In this document: piece by piece, positions 1 through 10,086 of the stretch
Layout of the letters: each line of letters begins with the position of its first letter
How positions within the stretch are numbered: position 1 is the first letter of the stretch
Virus record (IMG/VR): IMGVR_UViG_3300044641_007991
Location: 1 to 64,000 of that record
Reading direction: 5' to 3' (one strand)
Length of the DNA stretch: 64,000 nt
Source: a virus
The notes under the pieces: model-generated
What the model was told of the DNA's origin: nothing
The model's database searches: none
What the model saw: only the letters and a program-made list of their open reading frames with translations
Program-made: the position numbers and the translations under genes

Positions 1-590
1 ATACATCAAGAACCAATGCAGCTAATACTTTCCTACAAGCGAATGATGGAATCACATTAACCGCTGCTAGAAATTATACTGATCTAGCGAACAGTTTTAA
101 TACATCAAGAACCAATGCAGCTAATACTTTCCTACAAGCGAATGATGGAATCACATTAACCGCTGCTAGAAATTATACTGATCTAGCGAACAGTTTTAAT
201 ACATCAAGAACCAATGCAGCTAATACCTTCTTGCAGGCTAACGATGGGATTACATTAACTGCAGCTAGAGCATACACTGATCTAGCGAACAGTTTTAATA
301 CATCAAGATTAGCTGATGCTAATACCTTCTTGCAGGCTAACGATGGGATTACATTAACTGCAGCTAGAGCATACACTGATCTAGCGAACAGTTTTAATAC
401 ATCAAGAACCAATGCAGCTAATACTTTCCTACAAGCGAATGATGGGATTACATTAACTGCAGCTAGAGCATACACTGATCTAGCGAACAGTTTTAATACA
501 TCAAGAACCAATGCAGCTAATACTTTCTTACAAGCGAATGATGGAATCACATTAACTGCAGCTAGAAATTATACTGATTTAGCTAATACA
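1..590 (+). repeat. Coding tandem repeat, 99-nt (33-aa) unit, about 6 copies visible
   Basis: ATACATCAAG recurs at 1, 100, 199, 298, 397, 496; unit TSRTNAANTFLQANDGITLTAAR(N/A)YTDLANSFN. Confidence 0.95.
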
Positions 591-1910
591 TTTGCTAGAA
601 ATTATACTGATGCAGCTAATACTGCAATGAAAAATTATGTTGATGGTAAAACTAATTTTAATAATTCAATTTCATTCGGTAACGATGTAAATGTATCAGG
701 AAATCTTTATGTTCACGGTATTACAACTACATTTGATTCTACTAAATTAGTAATAAATGATAAAATTATTGAATTGGGTAATACTGCAGCCCCGACAGAC
801 TTAACAGCTGATGGTGGTGGATTACTCGTCAAAGGAACTACCGATAAAACATTTAATTGGTCAAATACAGCTGGTATTTCTAGTTGGGTAAGTTCTGAAA
901 ATTTAAATTTGGTTTCTGGTAAAACATATAAAATCGGTGGATCCGATGTTCTTTCTGCGACAACATTGAATTCCAGTGTAGTAAATTCTTCGCTTACTTC
1001 TGTTGGTAGGGTAACAAGTGGTATTTGGGTTTCTGCTATTGGTAATGTTACCGCAGCTAATTTGACGAATATTCCTTCTGCTAATTTAGCAGGAACTATT
1101 CCTTCTGTTGTTTTGGGGAATTCTTCTCATTATATTGGAACAACTGTAATAGCATTAAATCGTAGTTCTGGTAATTTGGGATTAACTGGAATTACTTCGG
1201 TTGCTCTTCCTGGTGCATCAAGCGGAACCATTACTTTACAACCTACAGCTGTTGCTGGTACAACAACATTAACATTACCTGCTAATACTGGTACATTAAT
1301 TTCTACTGGGGATACTGGTACTGTTACTTCAGCTATGTTATTGGACGGAACTATCGTTAATGCTGATATTAGTGCTACAGCTGCAATTTCTACCTCTAAA
1401 TTAGCTGCAAATACTATTTCTGGTATTGTATTAGGTTCTACATTAAATGCATTAGCTAATGGTTCAGGTTTGATCTGGAGTACCGGAACAAATTATACTG
1501 GTGCCGCAGCTGCAACATTAGGAATAGATAGTTCCGTAGTTACATTAACTGGATCTCAAACATTAACCAATAAAATTTTAACCGCTCCAACAATCACCGG
1601 CACAAAAGAAATTAAAGCAGCAATTGCTGCCTCTGACATCGATTGTGCAACTGGTAATTATTTTAGTAAAACCATTTCTGGTGTAACTACATTCACTGTG
1701 TCTAACGTTCCTTCTATCAACACTGCAATATCATTTGTATTGGATTTGACTAATGGTGGTTCATCTACTATTACTTGGTGGTCAGGTGTGAAATGGGCAT
1801 CCGGTATAGCACCAACGTTAACTGTTTCTGGTCGTGATGTATTGGGTTTCTTTACGCATGACGGTGGTACTACTTGGAGTGGGTTGGTTCTTGGTAAAGA
1901 CTTAAAATAA
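1..1910 (+). CDS. Tail fibre / virion structural protein, 5'-truncated by the window edge
   Basis: Frame of ORF 231..1910 is open back to base 3. N-terminal 33-aa repeats, T/S/G/A-rich body, C-terminal phage fibre motif (WWSGVKWASGIAPTLT...DVLGF..DGGTTW). Confidence 0.75.
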   Translation, partial: TSRTNAANTFLQANDGITLTAARNYTDLANSFNTSRTNAANTFLQANDGITLTAARNYTDLANSFNTSRTNAANTFLQANDGITLTAARAYTDLANSFNTSRLADANTFLQANDGITLTAARAYTDLANSFNTSRTNAANTFLQANDGITLTAARAYTDLANSFNTSRTNAANTFLQANDGITLTAARNYTDLANTFARNYTDAANTAMKNYVDGKTNFNNSISFGNDVNVSGNLYVHGITTTFDSTKLVINDKIIELGNTAAPTDLTADGGGLLVKGTTDKTFNWSNTAGISSWVSSENLNLVSGKTYKIGGSDVLSATTLNSSVVNSSLTSVGRVTSGIWVSAIGNVTAANLTNIPSANLAGTIPSVVLGNSSHYIGTTVIALNRSSGNLGLTGITSVALPGASSGTITLQPTAVAGTTTLTLPANTGTLISTGDTGTVTSAMLLDGTIVNADISATAAISTSKLAANTISGIVLGSTLNALANGSGLIWSTGTNYTGAAAATLGIDSSVVTLTGSQTLTNKILTAPTITGTKEIKAAIAASDIDCATGNYFSKTISGVTTFTVSNVPSINTAISFVLDLTNGGSSTITWWSGVKWASGIAPTLTVSGRDVLGFFTHDGGTTWSGLVLGKDLK

Positions 1911-1956
1911 TCTCTCTTGGGGGTTGGATGAATATTTTTTATAAAAAAGGATTATT

Positions 1957-3909
1957 ATGAGTGTTAGAGATATAGTACAAGCAGCAGCTGGCGCTAGTCC
2001 AGCAACTTATATTGAAGACGTGTTCAGCACCTATCTATATAGAGGTAACGGCTCTACACAGACGATCACAAACGGGATTGACCTGACAGGTAAGGGCGGG
2101 CTTACATGGGTTAAAAATAGAACAAATGCAACGGATAATGCTTTGTTCAATCTACCCAGCGGCGGCTACGCCACAATTGCGTATCAAGCATCAAACGCAA
2201 CGAACGCGAGCATAACCACATCACCAACAACCAGCATAACTACGACAGGTTCTGGGTTCACCCTAAACGGGTCAAGCACAGTCATAAATGCGTCCAGCAC
2301 CAACTACGCCTCATGGACATTCCGCAAGCAGCCGAAGTTCTTTGATGTGGTGACGTATACGGGGAACGGATCAGCTCAAAACATTCCGCATAACCTTGGC
2401 AGTGTTCCTGGCTGCATTATTGTCAAACGCACTGATAGCGCTGGTGATTGGTCTGTTTGGCATAAAGATGCCAGCACACTTTATTTAAACAGTACCGCAG
2501 CCCAAGGCTTTAACATTTTTGGTTCTGTTACATCTACAGCGTTTGGTGTGACATCAATCAGTTATTTAAACGCCTCTGGCGGCACATTTGTCGCCTACAT
2601 CTTCGCCCACAACGCTGGAGGTTTTGGTCTAACGGGTACGGACAATGTGATTTCGTGTGGGTCGTTTACGACTGATGGAAGTGGCAACGCGACTGTAACC
2701 CTTGGCTACGAACCGCAATGGGTTATGGTGAAGTCAAGTTCGGCAATAGATGGTTGGGTTATGCTTGACGTAGCTCGCGGTTGGTCAATGGCAACGAACG
2801 ATCAATATTTGTCGGCTAACATTGCATCTGCCGAATCGGTTCTAACTGGCGGCAATCCAACGGCGACAGGATTTGTTACACCAACTCTACAGGGTGGTAC
2901 CACATACATCTACATCGCCATCCGTCGCCCCAACAAGCCACCGACAACTGGGACGCAGGTTTACAGCATGATTGACCAAACCGGTGTTGACGCTCCATCT
3001 TTTCCGGTTTCAACGATTGGCTTTCAGCCAGATTTGGTCATGCAGTTGAATAAAGGGGTCATATCACCACATTATGGCCGCAGCTTCAAAACCAGACTGA
3101 CTGGATACGGGTTCGCAGACACACCAACAAGTTCGTTTGCTACAAGCCCGCACTTGGCTACGCATGTAACTTCCGCGGAGGGTAGCTACGCATGGAATAC
3201 GAACGGAACTGTGTTTGGGATGGGCAACACTTGGAATGCAAATGGGCCGTCTTTCTATGCAATAACAGCGCACTTCTTCAAACGCGCCCCTGGTGTGTTT
3301 GATGTGGTTTGCTATACGGCAACAGGTAGCACCGTAATGACAATCACTCACAACTTAACGGTTACGCCTGAGTTGATGATTATGAAAGCCCGTAGTTCTA
3401 GTGGCTGGAATTGGGCAGTTTATGCAGCGTCTCAAGGGGCAACAAAGAAGGGGTTGTTAAATTCAACCAATGCGTTCGGTCTTTCTACGCCTATGTGGAA
3501 TAATACCGCACCGACAAGCACAAGCTTTACCGTTGGTACAGGGGATGACACCAATCCGTCTGCGGGTGTTACGATGGTCGCCTACCTTTTTGCATCATGC
3601 CCAGGCGTTTCAAAAGTAGGCAGCTACACAGGCAACGGAAGCACTCAGACAATCAATTGCGGGTTTACTAGTGGGACGAGATTTGTTCTTATCAAGCGGG
3701 CTGATTCAACGGGCGATTGGTTTGTGTGGGACACCGTCAGGGGCATTGTTGCTGCTACCGACCCTCATCTAAGTTTAAATAACACCACTGCTGAAGTTAC
3801 AACCGATGATAGCATTGACCCAGATGCATTGGGATTTATCGTTAATCAAGTGGCGGCTACAAACATCAATGTTAATGCAGCAACTTACATATTTTTAGCC
3901 ATTGCTTAA
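1957..3909 (+). CDS. Virion/tail-associated beta-rich repeat protein (DUF7483-like), possible receptor-binding protein
   Basis: Repeated YTGNGS...H.LG..P...IVK modules, ends YIFLAIA; visibly higher GC than the flanks. Confidence 0.6.
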   Translation: MSVRDIVQAAAGASPATYIEDVFSTYLYRGNGSTQTITNGIDLTGKGGLTWVKNRTNATDNALFNLPSGGYATIAYQASNATNASITTSPTTSITTTGSGFTLNGSSTVINASSTNYASWTFRKQPKFFDVVTYTGNGSAQNIPHNLGSVPGCIIVKRTDSAGDWSVWHKDASTLYLNSTAAQGFNIFGSVTSTAFGVTSISYLNASGGTFVAYIFAHNAGGFGLTGTDNVISCGSFTTDGSGNATVTLGYEPQWVMVKSSSAIDGWVMLDVARGWSMATNDQYLSANIASAESVLTGGNPTATGFVTPTLQGGTTYIYIAIRRPNKPPTTGTQVYSMIDQTGVDAPSFPVSTIGFQPDLVMQLNKGVISPHYGRSFKTRLTGYGFADTPTSSFATSPHLATHVTSAEGSYAWNTNGTVFGMGNTWNANGPSFYAITAHFFKRAPGVFDVVCYTATGSTVMTITHNLTVTPELMIMKARSSSGWNWAVYAASQGATKKGLLNSTNAFGLSTPMWNNTAPTSTSFTVGTGDDTNPSAGVTMVAYLFASCPGVSKVGSYTGNGSTQTINCGFTSGTRFVLIKRADSTGDWFVWDTVRGIVAATDPHLSLNNTTAEVTTDDSIDPDALGFIVNQVAATNINVNAATYIFLAIA

Positions 3910-3968
3910 TAAATAATCATGGGGGAGGATTTCAACTCCCCCATACTTCAATCCAATAGGAGATTCAC

Positions 3969-4514
3969 ATGGAATATATCATCATTGATACCCAAGAAGT
4001 GGTGTCACAAGGTGAGCTGAGACGTCGTAATCCAGATATTAGCTTTCCAGCAGTTTGGGGGCAAGAAGTATTAGAATTTTTGGGCGTGGCTGTTGTATTT
4101 ACAACACCTCAGCCGGAATTTGATACTGTATCGCAAATAGTGGTCCAGGGTCCCCCAATATTGACTGCTAAAGGGCATTACGAACAATCGTGGGTTGTTG
4201 TTGATTTGGATCCAGTAATCGCCCAACAAAATCAAATAGCAAAAATGGAACAGGTAAAAGCGTCAATCGTTTCGGTTGTCCAATCAAACCTTGACGCATT
4301 TGCTAAAGAAAGAGGGTATGATGGTATCTTATCAGCATGTACTTATGTCAATTCTTCTAACGACCTTTTTAAAGCTGATGGATTAAAAGCGGTTGAGTTA
4401 CGGGATGCATCTTGGGCAATTTTGTATTCAATTTTAGCTGCCGTTGAAGCAGGTACACGAGTTGTTACATCATTTTCTGATATCGAAGCTGATTTGCCTG
4501 TTTTAGAATGGTAA
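3969..4514 (+). CDS. Tail fibre assembly/chaperone-like protein
   Basis: Follows the fibre genes; LDAFAKERGYDGILSACTY...LPVLEW resembles phage tail-assembly proteins. Confidence 0.55.
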   Translation: MEYIIIDTQEVVSQGELRRRNPDISFPAVWGQEVLEFLGVAVVFTTPQPEFDTVSQIVVQGPPILTAKGHYEQSWVVVDLDPVIAQQNQIAKMEQVKASIVSVVQSNLDAFAKERGYDGILSACTYVNSSNDLFKADGLKAVELRDASWAILYSILAAVEAGTRVVTSFSDIEADLPVLEW

Positions 4515-4535
4515 TTTGATAAATTAATTTATCAT

Positions 4536-4563
4536 AAAAAAGGGGCTTTTCAGCCCCTTTTTG
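4536..4563. terminator. Bidirectional intrinsic terminator
   Basis: AAAAAGGGGCT-TTTC-AGCCCCTTTTT between convergent genes. Confidence 0.85.
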
Positions 4564-4581
4564 ATTTCCAGAGAGATAATA

Positions 4582-5025
4582 TTAATTATCGATTTGGATA
4601 CACAATGTATTAGCTGCAAAACTAGGAGCAGCGTCCCCATTATTGATAGTTTTAGGAACAGTTAATGCTCCATAGAATAACAAGTTTCCGCCAGTGAATG
4701 CATCATACATACCAAAACCTTGAACAACGCCCCAGTTACCTGATGGAGCATTAAATGAAATTATTGACGCATTGTTAGCAAAACCACTTGTACCAGAACT
4801 TACTGCACCAGAACCACCGTGTGTACCTGTCCAACCGCTTAAACTTGCAGCAACATTAGCACGAGTATAGTTGTTAGAACTAGGAATTTCTGTGCCACCA
4901 CCTGTATCACTAGGTGTTGTTGTAAACAAAGCAATACAAACGTTTGTTGATGGTGCTGTATACGGTGTTCCTCTTAAAATATGATCAATGATTTTGTTTT
5001 CAAGATAATCGGACATTGCGCTCAT
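4582..5025 (-). CDS. Conserved phage virion/tail protein
   Basis: MSAMSDYLENKIIDH...GNLLFYGAL motif typical of phage tail-region proteins. Confidence 0.55.
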   Translation of the reverse strand: MSAMSDYLENKIIDHILRGTPYTAPSTNVCIALFTTTPSDTGGGTEIPSSNNYTRANVAASLSGWTGTHGGSGAVSSGTSGFANNASIISFNAPSGNWGVVQGFGMYDAFTGGNLLFYGALTVPKTINNGDAAPSFAANTLCIQIDN

Positions 5026-5064
5026 GTATAATTCCTTATTTAAGTTATTTAGTATTTAAGTTAT

Positions 5065-5853
5065 TTAGTATTTAAGTTTAAGTGATTCTAAATATTCATC
5101 TGATTTCATATATGTGCCTTTTGGTAATTTTAACCCATTAGCTTTGTATAATTCTTTTATTTCTTGATAAATTGGTCTGGCTGCTTTCGCTTTTTGAAAT
5201 GTGCCATGTAATCCTGGATTATTATTTACAAAAATGTTTTTTTCATTTTTAATTTGCGTATAAACTGGATTTGTATCTCCTAGGAAAAAATGCGTTCCAT
5301 CTTTTATTTTTACTTTAGATGGATGATTATCATTTAAAAAATTATGCGTACCATCTTTAATCCTTTTTTGCGCTAATTCCCGTTGAAATTCTCCGCCAAT
5401 CCAATTATGTGTACCGTCTTCAAGTCTTTTTTGTTGAATTTTTCTTTGAAATTCTCCATCTCCCAAACAATGATGCGTTCCATCATCAACTCGTTTTCTT
5501 TGTATTTTTTTCTGTTGTTCGGAAGTTGTTCCGCCATCTAATCCATTCTCTAATTTTAAATTAGCCCATTCTTCAGATTCAATTATATTATATTTTTTTG
5601 ATAGGTTAATTGCTGTAGCAACTAATACATTAATATCATTAAATAATTTGCACCATAGTGTATCAACATTCGTACCGTGTTTTTTTAAATGAGCTAACCA
5701 ATAATCTCCAGATCCATTATATTTAAATGGGTTTTTAGAATTAGTTTTACATAAATATTTTAAACCTGTTGATTTATGTTGTTTTATCATTAAATATGTT
5801 GGTTTAAAATTTTTCATTTGTTTTTCTGTTATATAAATATTTTCGCTAGACAT
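5065..5853 (-). CDS. Free-standing GIY-YIG-like (Seg-type) homing endonuclease A
   Basis: N-terminal FKPTYLMIKQH..TGLKYLCKT...Y.GSG.YW, followed by DGTH(N/F)F repeats; paralogous to 13126, 17600 and 25015. Confidence 0.75.
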   Translation of the reverse strand: MSSENIYITEKQMKNFKPTYLMIKQHKSTGLKYLCKTNSKNPFKYNGSGDYWLAHLKKHGTNVDTLWCKLFNDINVLVATAINLSKKYNIIESEEWANLKLENGLDGGTTSEQQKKIQRKRVDDGTHHCLGDGEFQRKIQQKRLEDGTHNWIGGEFQRELAQKRIKDGTHNFLNDNHPSKVKIKDGTHFFLGDTNPVYTQIKNEKNIFVNNNPGLHGTFQKAKAARPIYQEIKELYKANGLKLPKGTYMKSDEYLESLKLKY

Positions 5854-5925
5854 TATTCCTCCTTATAATTATAATGTTTAGTGCTGGTGGGATGTGGGAG
5901 TCCGCGACCAGCTATGTATTTATTA
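5832..5925 (-). promoter_or_regulatory. Endonuclease leader element, copy A
   Basis: Minus strand: TAATAAATA..GCTGG-TCGCG-GA..TC-CCA-CCAGC-ACTAAACATT..GGAGG..ATG TCT AGC GAA AAT ATT TAT A. Confidence 0.85.
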
Positions 5926-6432
5926 TATTACTTTGTTTACTGCAATTGAATTTCCAGCGCCAATATTAGTAATATTAAGTCTTCCATATGGCCAAGGAGT
6001 TGTTACTGTTGTATATGCAGTATTTGAATTAGCAACGGTAATTGGTAATGTGGCTAATGAGATCCAATGTTGTTGATCTGTTGATACTTCAATAGCAACA
6101 TTAGAACTGCCTCCAGTTGAGAATGCTTGAAGAACTGCATTAGGTGGATTAGTAAATTTAAAAGAAAATACTTCTTGTGGACCAGTTAAACCTGCTCCAT
6201 AATTTGGAGTTTTAGCAACCACACCCCACCCATCATACTGAGCATTTGAAAAATCAATAACGGCATTATTTCCAGAAACACTAGAAACTTTAGCTGCATA
6301 TCTAGCATCATTGTCTGTAAAATATAGAATTAAATCATTAGTTGCTTGAAGATATGGATTTGATTCAAAATTAATTTGTGTGTTGGCATAATCATATACA
6401 CCATATAAAGTTCTTGAAATTTCTGTTATCAT
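5923..6432 (-). CDS. Hypothetical, probably structural protein
   Basis: 169-aa ORF in the late structural operon. Confidence 0.5.
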   Translation of the reverse strand: MITEISRTLYGVYDYANTQINFESNPYLQATNDLILYFTDNDARYAAKVSSVSGNNAVIDFSNAQYDGWGVVAKTPNYGAGLTGPQEVFSFKFTNPPNAVLQAFSTGGSSNVAIEVSTDQQHWISLATLPITVANSNTAYTTVTTPWPYGRLNITNIGAGNSIAVNKVI

Positions 6433-6452
6433 TTAAAGATTTCCTATATTAT

Positions 6453-7718
6453 TTAAGCTGTAGCTGTTTTAATTGTTGCAAATGCGATTGTAATTGCTTC
6501 TGTTAATGATGCATCCGTTACATTTCTAATATTGATTGATGCTGATCCAGCTGCACATCGAGCATTTAAAAGATAAGATCCTGCAGTACCACCAGATAAA
6601 TGGTTAAGAACTAATACATCACCAGCTTTTAATGTTGAATTAGTCATTGTAAATGATACTGTTGTATTTCCTGCTAAAACAGCATTATTTGTTGTTATTT
6701 GTCCAGATGTTTTATTTAAAACAACTGTTGTTGCTTTGTTTGTAAGCTGAGTAATTGTTCCACCAGAACCAGGACCATACCCTATACCACCAGATCCACC
6801 AACTAAAACACTACTAATACCAGTTGTGTAAATATTTGTGTTGCTGTATATTATATTTGAACTAGAAAATGTTAAATTAGCGCCTAATAACCATGTTTGA
6901 GCACTATTTAAATAAATCCCGCCATTATTTAAATACAAAGAATAATTATTACCTGAACCACTGGCGCCAGATGCTTCACCAAATAACCCGACATTATGGC
7001 CACCTGTGTGTATGTCATTAGAATATCCACGAACACCAATTGCAGATCCTTGATCAGCAACTCCTAAAACATGTGCTTCACCAATAACTCCAGCGCATCT
7101 AGTTGCTGGGCTTGTATAACCTTTTCCATATACCCCAACCCCGTACACGTTTGCATCAGTTGCGTGCGCCACACCTTCTGCCAATAATCCTATATTATGT
7201 ATTTCAGATCGTTGATTAGCAGTAGCAGTTGATGATATGGTGACAGATGAATTAGGGAATTGTGTAGTATTTGCACTTGTTCCAACAAATATAGTGTTAG
7301 CGTTAATTTGCGTAATTGCTTCTACAACATTTACCCCATCACAATAAATTATTTTTGTAGAATTATTTAAAATAGTAACACCAGTTCCAGCCGCAGTTTT
7401 GACAACAATATTTTGTCCACCTGTTGTTTTATTTGATATAATATAAATTTTAGTAGAAGTTGGGATAATTATATTTCGGGTTGCTGTTAATGAGACAGAA
7501 GATGTAATCGTTAGAATAGCTTTTCTGGCTTCATCATCGCTTGCGTTAGCTGTAGTTAATGTATAATCTGCGTTTAACATTGAAACAGTTGCCATGCCAG
7601 CAATTGCAGCTTCGATAACAATATCCAAATTATTATTGGTTTTTGTTCCCCAAGTTCCCTTATTTTCTTTATTTGCCATTAACTCCAAGCGGAGTAAATC
7701 AGAATATGTAGATGCCAT
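6453..7718 (-). CDS. Phage structural/tail-fibre-like protein
   Basis: N-terminus MASTYS..LRLEL...E..GTWG.KTN.NL is common in phage virion proteins; TATAAATA late promoter at 7750-7757 (minus). Confidence 0.6.
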   Translation of the reverse strand: MASTYSDLLRLELMANKENKGTWGTKTNNNLDIVIEAAIAGMATVSMLNADYTLTTANASDDEARKAILTITSSVSLTATRNIIIPTSTKIYIISNKTTGGQNIVVKTAAGTGVTILNNSTKIIYCDGVNVVEAITQINANTIFVGTSANTTQFPNSSVTISSTATANQRSEIHNIGLLAEGVAHATDANVYGVGVYGKGYTSPATRCAGVIGEAHVLGVADQGSAIGVRGYSNDIHTGGHNVGLFGEASGASGSGNNYSLYLNNGGIYLNSAQTWLLGANLTFSSSNIIYSNTNIYTTGISSVLVGGSGGIGYGPGSGGTITQLTNKATTVVLNKTSGQITTNNAVLAGNTTVSFTMTNSTLKAGDVLVLNHLSGGTAGSYLLNARCAAGSASINIRNVTDASLTEAITIAFATIKTATA

Positions 7719-7749
7719 TTTAAACTCTATAAATTGGTTAATTTTATAG

Positions 7750-7757
7750 TATTTATA
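7750..7757 (-). promoter_or_regulatory. T4-type late promoter TATAAATA
   Basis: Exact match upstream of structural gene 6453..7718. Confidence 0.7.
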
Positions 7758-7788
7758 AAAATAAATAAGATATAAATGGAGAAAATCT

Positions 7789-7971
7789 ATGAGCGATCAA
7801 ATAACAAGTTTTGAAGAACGTTGTGATTTTTTAGAGAGTATGTTTGATGTAAAAGACTATTCGCAATACGTCAAATTTGATGATTTTTGTACTGCGAATA
7901 ATCTATTTACTAGAGATAAGATGCTTGAAGCGTTACCTAGAAATGCTATATGGATGATGGAAGAATTTTAG
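7789..7971 (+). CDS. Hypothetical protein
   Basis: 60-aa ORF with GGAG RBS. Confidence 0.5.
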   Translation: MSDQITSFEERCDFLESMFDVKDYSQYVKFDDFCTANNLFTRDKMLEALPRNAIWMMEEF

Positions 7972-8393
7972 ATTAAAGTTGTATAAACATTAACCAACAC
8001 ATTTCTTTGGACTTCAATACCGCTATCAGTTTTTTCTGCAATTGTAACTGAGGTGTTTAATGTGTTCCATTTCTTTTCAGGAACCATTACCAACATAATG
8101 TTATATTTTTTGTTATAAAGAATTGATTCACCAAAATCCAACACCTCATCGTTTAATTCCCAATTAACGTGTTTCTGTACACTTTCTTTGAAATCTGAGA
8201 AATTTCGTTTAGCCAATGCTTCTTGGTTTTCTTTAGAATCTTTTAGGAAAACATAATTCGCAAATCTGCGATATTCTAATTGTGAACCGTGTAAAAACGG
8301 TTTAATAACATGATAGTTATTTGCTTCTTTAATTTCTTTAAAAATTTTACGGCTTTCGAAATAGTGTTTGATTTTTTGCATAAAGTTTTCCAA
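7968..8393 (-). CDS. Hypothetical protein (early)
   Basis: ORF downstream of an early-promoter variant at about 8415-8450. Confidence 0.55.
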   Translation of the reverse strand: MENFMQKIKHYFESRKIFKEIKEANNYHVIKPFLHGSQLEYRRFANYVFLKDSKENQEALAKRNFSDFKESVQKHVNWELNDEVLDFGESILYNKKYNIMLVMVPEKKWNTLNTSVTIAEKTDSGIEVQRNVLVNVYTTLI

Positions 8394-8519
8394 GTTAAGT
8401 TAAGGTACAACTACATTATACCGTTTTTGCGGTAAAAAAGCAAGCACTTTTTTACGATTCGGTTAAAAAACCTGTTAAACCTAAATATAGAAAAAGCAAT
8501 TTGTTAAAAGAGGTGCGTT

Positions 8520-9401
8520 ATGCTAGATATGTTAAAAGGGTTATTGGACGAAAAACTTGAAGAAGTTTCTAAATCATTATCTGATGTTGTAGTTCCATCA
8601 GTTACTGAACCAAAAATGTCACCAAAAGGCGATCCGAAAATTTTTGAGTTACAAAAAAAATTAATTGCTCGCGGTGCAAAAATCACTGCTGATGGTCTTG
8701 ATGGTCCAGCTACTAGAAAAGCTGTGAAAGATTTTCCAGACGGTACTGCAACGCCTCCTGTAGAAGAAAAACCTAAACAAATTTCTGCTGGTGTTGTGTC
8801 ATTAGGTACAGTTAAATCATTATTCCCTAAACATAAAGATCCTAGTGGATTAACTGATGCATTAAATGTTGTTCTCCCAAAATATGATATTACAGGAACT
8901 GAAAGAGTTGCGTGTTTCTTGGCACAATGCGGACACGAAAGTGCTGGGTTTACAGTTTTTATTGAAAACTTAAATTATTCAGCTGAAGGTTTATGTAAAG
9001 TTTGGCCAAAACGGTTTACTGCGGCAACCGCAGGTGCTTATAATCGCAATCCAGAAAAAATCGCTAATAAAGTCTATTGTGATCGTATGGGAAATGGTTC
9101 TGAAGCCAGCGGAGAGGGTTGGAAATATCGTGGTCGCGGTGCGATTCAGTTAACTGGAAAAGATAATTATACAAAATTCTCTAAATCTTGTGGGAAATCC
9201 CTAGACGAAACTGTTGCTTATTGTGAAACTTTAGAAGGTGCTATTGCTAGTGGCGCATTTTTCTGGAAAGAAAATAGATTAAATGAGAGATTTGTTGATA
9301 AAAAAGATTTTGTTGGATTAACTAAGGCGATTAATGGTGGAACAACAGGATTGACCGACCGTCAACATCATTATGATGCAGCTAAGAAATTGTTAGGATA
9401 A
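8520..9401 (+). CDS. Endolysin: peptidoglycan-binding domain plus glycoside hydrolase family 19
   Basis: ADGLDGPATRKAV (PG-binding); FLAQCGHESAGF, ENLNYS, YRGRGAIQLTG, TKAINGG (GH19). Confidence 0.9.
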   Translation: MLDMLKGLLDEKLEEVSKSLSDVVVPSVTEPKMSPKGDPKIFELQKKLIARGAKITADGLDGPATRKAVKDFPDGTATPPVEEKPKQISAGVVSLGTVKSLFPKHKDPSGLTDALNVVLPKYDITGTERVACFLAQCGHESAGFTVFIENLNYSAEGLCKVWPKRFTAATAGAYNRNPEKIANKVYCDRMGNGSEASGEGWKYRGRGAIQLTGKDNYTKFSKSCGKSLDETVAYCETLEGAIASGAFFWKENRLNERFVDKKDFVGLTKAINGGTTGLTDRQHHYDAAKKLLG

Positions 9402-9404
9402 TCC

Positions 9405-9695
9405 ATGGATATCGGTATCCCTAATTTTTTTGATCTTGTAGAACAGTGTGGTGCACCAATAGCCATTGCTGTTGTTTGTGGTTGGTTTTTAATGCAGGCA
9501 ATTGAATTGGTTTTAGGTAGTGTTGTTAAAACAATTAAAAAATTAACAGGATTACTACGCTCAATGGATGGTCGCGTGCGTCAAATGAATGTTGATGTAC
9601 TAGATTTAGATAAATTAGTGTCAAAATCTTTAATGGTTGATCCGTTACCTAAAAAGGTACACCATGAAGTTGCTGCAGAAATGAACAAGGATTAA
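9405..9695 (+). CDS. Small membrane protein, holin-like (paralogue 1)
   Basis: One N-terminal TM segment plus amphipathic tail; next to the endolysin. Confidence 0.5.
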   Translation: MDIGIPNFFDLVEQCGAPIAIAVVCGWFLMQAIELVLGSVVKTIKKLTGLLRSMDGRVRQMNVDVLDLDKLVSKSLMVDPLPKKVHHEVAAEMNKD

Positions 9696-9696
9696 T

Positions 9697-9981
9697 ATGA
9701 ATCAAGCATATATTGGGTTTTTTTCTGATGTTATTATTCCTATTATTGCTAGTAGTGCACTAGGAAGTTTTATTTTCACAGCGTTAAAATTTGTTTTAGG
9801 TGATGTTATTACATCAGTTAGAACATTGGCGTCAATCGTTATGGCGCTGGAAAATAGAGTTAAAAATACTTCTAACGAATTAATTAAAATTGACGTTACT
9901 ATATCTGCTGTTTTAGGATTACGTCCAGATCTAGAACGTATTTCAAGATCAGATGGGCAACGAGACGCTCGCAGAGATTAG
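9697..9981 (+). CDS. Small membrane protein, holin-like (paralogue 2)
   Basis: Shares the L..RV....N....(L/I)D..(V/I)S..L pattern with 9405 and 10932. Confidence 0.5.
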   Translation: MNQAYIGFFSDVIIPIIASSALGSFIFTALKFVLGDVITSVRTLASIVMALENRVKNTSNELIKIDVTISAVLGLRPDLERISRSDGQRDARRD

Positions 9982-9986
9982 GGTTT

Positions 9987-10086
9987 TATAAATAAAGTAT
10001 AGGTCGCGAGTTCCGAGGCTCCACCTATTCTAAACATTCTTACAATCGTTCAAGGAGAACAATAATGCTCAGCAAAAATATTTATA
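9987..10086 (+). promoter_or_regulatory. Endonuclease leader element, copy B
   Basis: TATAAATA..ATAGG-TCGCG-AG..CT-CCA-CCTAT-TCTAAACATT..GGAG..ATG CTC AGC AAA AAT ATT TAT A. Confidence 0.85.

Noticed and set aside
173-550. Minus-strand repeat ORF
   Set aside because: Antisense shadow of the 99-nt fibre repeat.
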